This document shows, piece after piece, positions 62,501 through 64,000 of a DNA stretch of 64,000 bases. This DNA is from Rhodothermales bacterium (GTDB taxonomy: Bacteria; Bacteroidota; Rhodothermia; Rhodothermales; VXPQ01). The position numbers and the translations under genes are program-made. Under the pieces are notes generated by a model. That model did no database searches. It was not told the origin of the DNA and was given only the letters and a program-made list of their open reading frames with translations. Every line of letters starts with the position of its first letter. Position 1 is the stretch's first letter. The stretch is from assembly GCA_040904565.1 (NCBI GenBank), contig JBBDTI010000054.1, positions 22,144 through 86,143 of the forward strand, in the 5' to 3' direction.

Positions 62501-64000
62501 CCCGTTGATGTAGAGATGGTAGTACCGGCTGCGCGTATACGGAACGTCGATGTCTCGCTGCAGGTCTCGCGCAAATACGTCGCGCAGCATCGTGTTGCGC
62601 GCGTCGCCGGTAAACGCCCATGAGTAGTTCTGGCTGGTACGAAGATCGAATTTGTCGAACTCGTTCGCCCCTTCGTCGCCGAAGAGGGGATACGAGAGGA
62701 GCGGCTCCCCATACTCGCCCCGAAAGAAGATTCGAAACGCATGTTTCGGATTGGGATCGTTGCGGCTCCAGCCGCCGCGAATTCTAATTCCGGCATTGGC
62801 CTGAAATCCGCTTCGGGGTCCGTGGTAGCTTTCGCCTCCCGTCGAGGCAGGAAAATCGCCCGGGTAAAACAGCTCGACCGAACCGGGCCGTTCCCAGTCG
62901 CGGCCGTAGCTGAGCGCGTTCGAATAGATGCCCCGCGTCGGTGAGAAGAGGGAATCGACGTCCATCACGAGAGAGAAAGAGGGGATGCGGCCGAGCGCTT
63001 CAATAATATCGGCCTCGTTCCCGTCTACGACGTTCGGGTCCATGCCGTAATCGACGTGATTGCTGCCCCAGAAACCGGGCCATCCCTCTGGCGGCTGCCC
63101 CTCGGGCGACTGCGTCAGGACGTCGGCCGGAAAAAGATAGGTCTGGGTCACGACGCCGGATCGCTGCGCGCCTTCCTTGAAAGCGGCGGCGCGCACGACC
63201 GTCGTCTTTTCAATCCGAATGGGGTTCGTATAGGCTCGTCCGGTAGAATCCGTCGGCTCGCTCCCGTCCAGCGTGTAGCGAATGGTACTGCCGGACGTCT
63301 CGGGGAAAAGGAAGAGCGAGAAGGGCTCCTCGTAGAGGCCGTGGACGGCACTGTACGTAGGCTCATCCACAATCCCGCCGGCACCGGGAGCGTTGGGCTG
63401 CCCCGGCGTGGGCGTGGTGAAATACGTGACACCGTCGCCCGCGTGCCCGTACGAGACGTCACCACGCTGCTCCGGATACGGCGCGAACTCGCTGACCACC
63501 ACGCCGTCCGGGTCGACGAGCCCGAGGTACTCTCCGTCCTGGCTCAGGCTGAAATTTGTGTGGTACTCGCTATTTTCCAGAAATGACAGCTCCGGCGCGA
63601 GGCCGCGTCCGTCTGCCGCCGGAGCGTCTGTTTCGAACGTCAGAAAAGGGATGAGCGTCAGGTCGGACGATCCCTGATTCGCGTTGTGTACCTCGATTGC
63701 CAGAACGTTCGGCCCGGTCTGGAAGACGGACCCGGGGATGGAAATGTCGAACCGTTCCGGCGTTCCTCCCTGGTAGAGCACGGCTTCATGCAGGCCGTCC
63801 GCCGGCGTCTGATGGGTCGGATCGGTCGCTGACATGTTGCCTCGGGCGACTTCCAGTCCGTTGACATATGCGATGAACCCATCGTCATAATCGACGTGCA
63901 ACAGGGCCTGTCGTATCGCGCTCGGGTCGTCTACCGTAAACGTCGTGCGCGCATAGAGCGCCATAATGCCGTCCTGCACGGACGTCTGGATGTCGGCTCC
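59579..64000 (-). CDS. Giant secreted CotH kinase-family protein with lamin-tail (LTD) domains, chitobiase-C-like domains and T9SS C-terminal sorting domain; N-terminus outside the window
   Basis: The frame stays open upstream of the GTG at 63979 to the window edge, and no signal peptide is seen. CotH core RIRGGWSRNDPNPKHAFRIFF...YYHLYINGQYWGLFQTQER. At least three LTDs (VISEIYYHP..FEFIELHN; VVNEILSHTD..AVELYN; VVREIMYHPP..EYVGIYN). YTLDGS[ED]P motif twice. Confidence 0.85.
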   Translation of the reverse strand, partial: GADIQTSVQDGIMALYARTTFTVDDPSAIRQALLHVDYDDGFIAYVNGLEVARGNMSATDPTHQTPADGLHEAVLYQGGTPERFDISIPGSVFQTGPNVLAIEVHNANQGSSDLTLIPFLTFETDAPAADGRGLAPELSFLENSEYHTNFSLSQDGEYLGLVDPDGVVVSEFAPYPEQRGDVSYGHAGDGVTYFTTPTPGQPNAPGAGGIVDEPTYSAVHGLYEEPFSLFLFPETSGSTIRYTLDGSEPTDSTGRAYTNPIRIEKTTVVRAAAFKEGAQRSGVVTQTYLFPADVLTQSPEGQPPEGWPGFWGSNHVDYGMDPNVVDGNEADIIEALGRIPSFSLVMDVDSLFSPTRGIYSNALSYGRDWERPGSVELFYPGDFPASTGGESYHGPRSGFQANAGIRIRGGWSRNDPNPKHAFRIFFRGEYGEPLLSYPLFGDEGANEFDKFDLRTSQNYSWAFTGDARNTMLRDVFARDLQRDIDVPYTRSRYYHLYINGQYWGLFQTQERADHHHGATYIGGNADDFDVVKSAGLDNGYEMEMTSGKVDAWRDLYNGVNTLAAAESEEERDAWYMRLQGLDPDGTGNPSYPVLLDADNLIQYMLVIFWTGNPDAPITPFMGTNNFFGYRDRTGDHGFKWFAHDSEHALLDPSIDRTGPFPAGDQFRFSNPQWIHQQLMGSPEYRFRFADFAHRHLFDGGAMTTSPSVARMDTRKAEIEDVLISESARWGDAKREPPRGLADWKTEVARLRNGILPARRDVLLEQLQTAQRFVRGESGAGTTPAPLYPSVDAPAFSHDGGEISGSDQVTLDAPSGGSVYYTLDGSDPRLLGGAVSGAAVEYDGEALPLAGRQTVSARFLSDEGEWSARSDAEYFVDTAAPTPGALVISEIYYHPPDPTPGEQAAGMVDGDDFEFIELHNRSDRAVALAGLSFTNGIDFSFGSTSLASDARTVLVSDSTAFRARFGTDIQIGGVFEDGRLSNGGERVTLADRSGEIVFTVDYGDGGAWPSRADGAGSSLVLTEEPVLHAREADRAEMWLASAEYHGSPGIAGPFTGKDVAVDVVVNEILSHTDPPETDAVELYNTSTEPVDISGWFLSDGLPFDKYHIPDGTTIEPGDFIVFNESDFNASGSENDFALDGARGEEVWLVETDADGRPVRFADHVVFGPARNGESLGRRLDGSGRLAPLSEITLGRANAAPRVGSVVVREIMYHPPGNNENLEYVGIYNAGAEPEDLTAWTVREAVDFTFPDGLILGAGDSLFVVAFDPQNAPEKAETFRAAYGWTRDALLVGGWEGRLANDGEMLELNRPDEPPADDPDFIPETLEERVTFGDASPWPEPADGGGSSLFRLEVSSYSDDPAAWRAMPRPFVLYAAPAEPEPEPVPSGDNALTSVYPNPAQTRAESVLTVSETQPVRVELYDMLGRRLRVLYDGSVSEGALHTITVDGAGLASGIYLLRATGRSFSVTRTVTFVR
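59582..59827 (-). other. Por/T9SS type-A C-terminal sorting domain
   Basis: LTSVYPNPAQTRAESVLTVSETQPVRVELYDMLGRRLRVLYDGSVSEGALHTITVDGAGLASGIYLLRATGRSFSVTRTVTFVR matches the YPNP...V.L.vyD.lGr.v...G.h....d...l.sGiY consensus. Confidence 0.8.
61700..62992 (-). other. Approximate extent of the CotH kinase-like domain inside 59579..64000
   Basis: Mapped by residue counting from IPSFSLVMDVD... to ...RRDVLLEQL. Boundaries are approximate (about +/-50 nt). Confidence 0.5.

Noticed and set aside
1-64000. Whether the window is a mobile or horizontally acquired island or prophage.
   Set aside because: No integrase, transposase, recombinase, tRNA attachment site, phage structural gene or flanking direct repeats were seen. 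GC content looks uniformly high apart from short intergenic dips.

Overview
This is a 64-kb, strongly GC-rich, gene-dense chromosomal segment. I call 48 protein-coding genes; the first and last run off the window. I found no rRNA or tRNA, no CRISPR array, and no transposase, integrase or phage genes. The lineage looks like a high-GC FCB-group bacterium (Rhodothermota/Bacteroidota-like), which is inference only. It rests on a Por/T9SS C-terminal sorting domain, near absence of Shine-Dalgarno sites, and the mix of Tat-exported Gfo/Idh/MocA oxidoreductases, xylose-isomerase-like TIM barrels, DUF1080, CBM9/DUF5916 barrels and 'membrane-bound dehydrogenase domain + HEAT' proteins. Functionally the window is a patchwork of envelope-located carbohydrate and organic-acid catabolism: a sulfatase, a BNR sialidase-like protein, an SGNH esterase, PIG-L and CE4 deacetylases, a complete D-erythronate (otnI-otnC-otnK-gntP-denD-like) operon, a Tct transporter with a Tat-signal ManD-type enolase, an aminotransferase/omega-amidase pair, and an orphan XdhC-SufU-MocA maturation cassette. 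The best candidates for an undescribed system are: (1) 57.0-64.0 kb, a tightly packed HlyD-like adaptor / VTC (polyphosphate-polymerase-type) / DUF4956 membrane-protein operon lying tail-to-tail with a giant T9SS-secreted CotH-kinase/lamin-tail protein; (2) 35.9-42.6 kb, an operon of two large paralogous dehydrogenase-domain/HEAT proteins, one carrying a blue-copper cupredoxin module, around an FG-GAP protein; (3) 23.3-30.7 kb, two diverged CBM9/DUF5916 barrels flanking secreted PIG-L, Tat TIM-barrel and RidA proteins. Non-coding oddities include a heptanucleotide tandem repeat abutting a transporter start codon, an 11-bp-phased TGCATGC array between convergent genes, a shared palindromic element at two convergent gene junctions, an in-frame 12-nt VNTR and a G-tract cluster. 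Many very long ORFs antisense to real genes are GC-driven artefacts. All family assignments come from reading motifs by eye; no searches were run.
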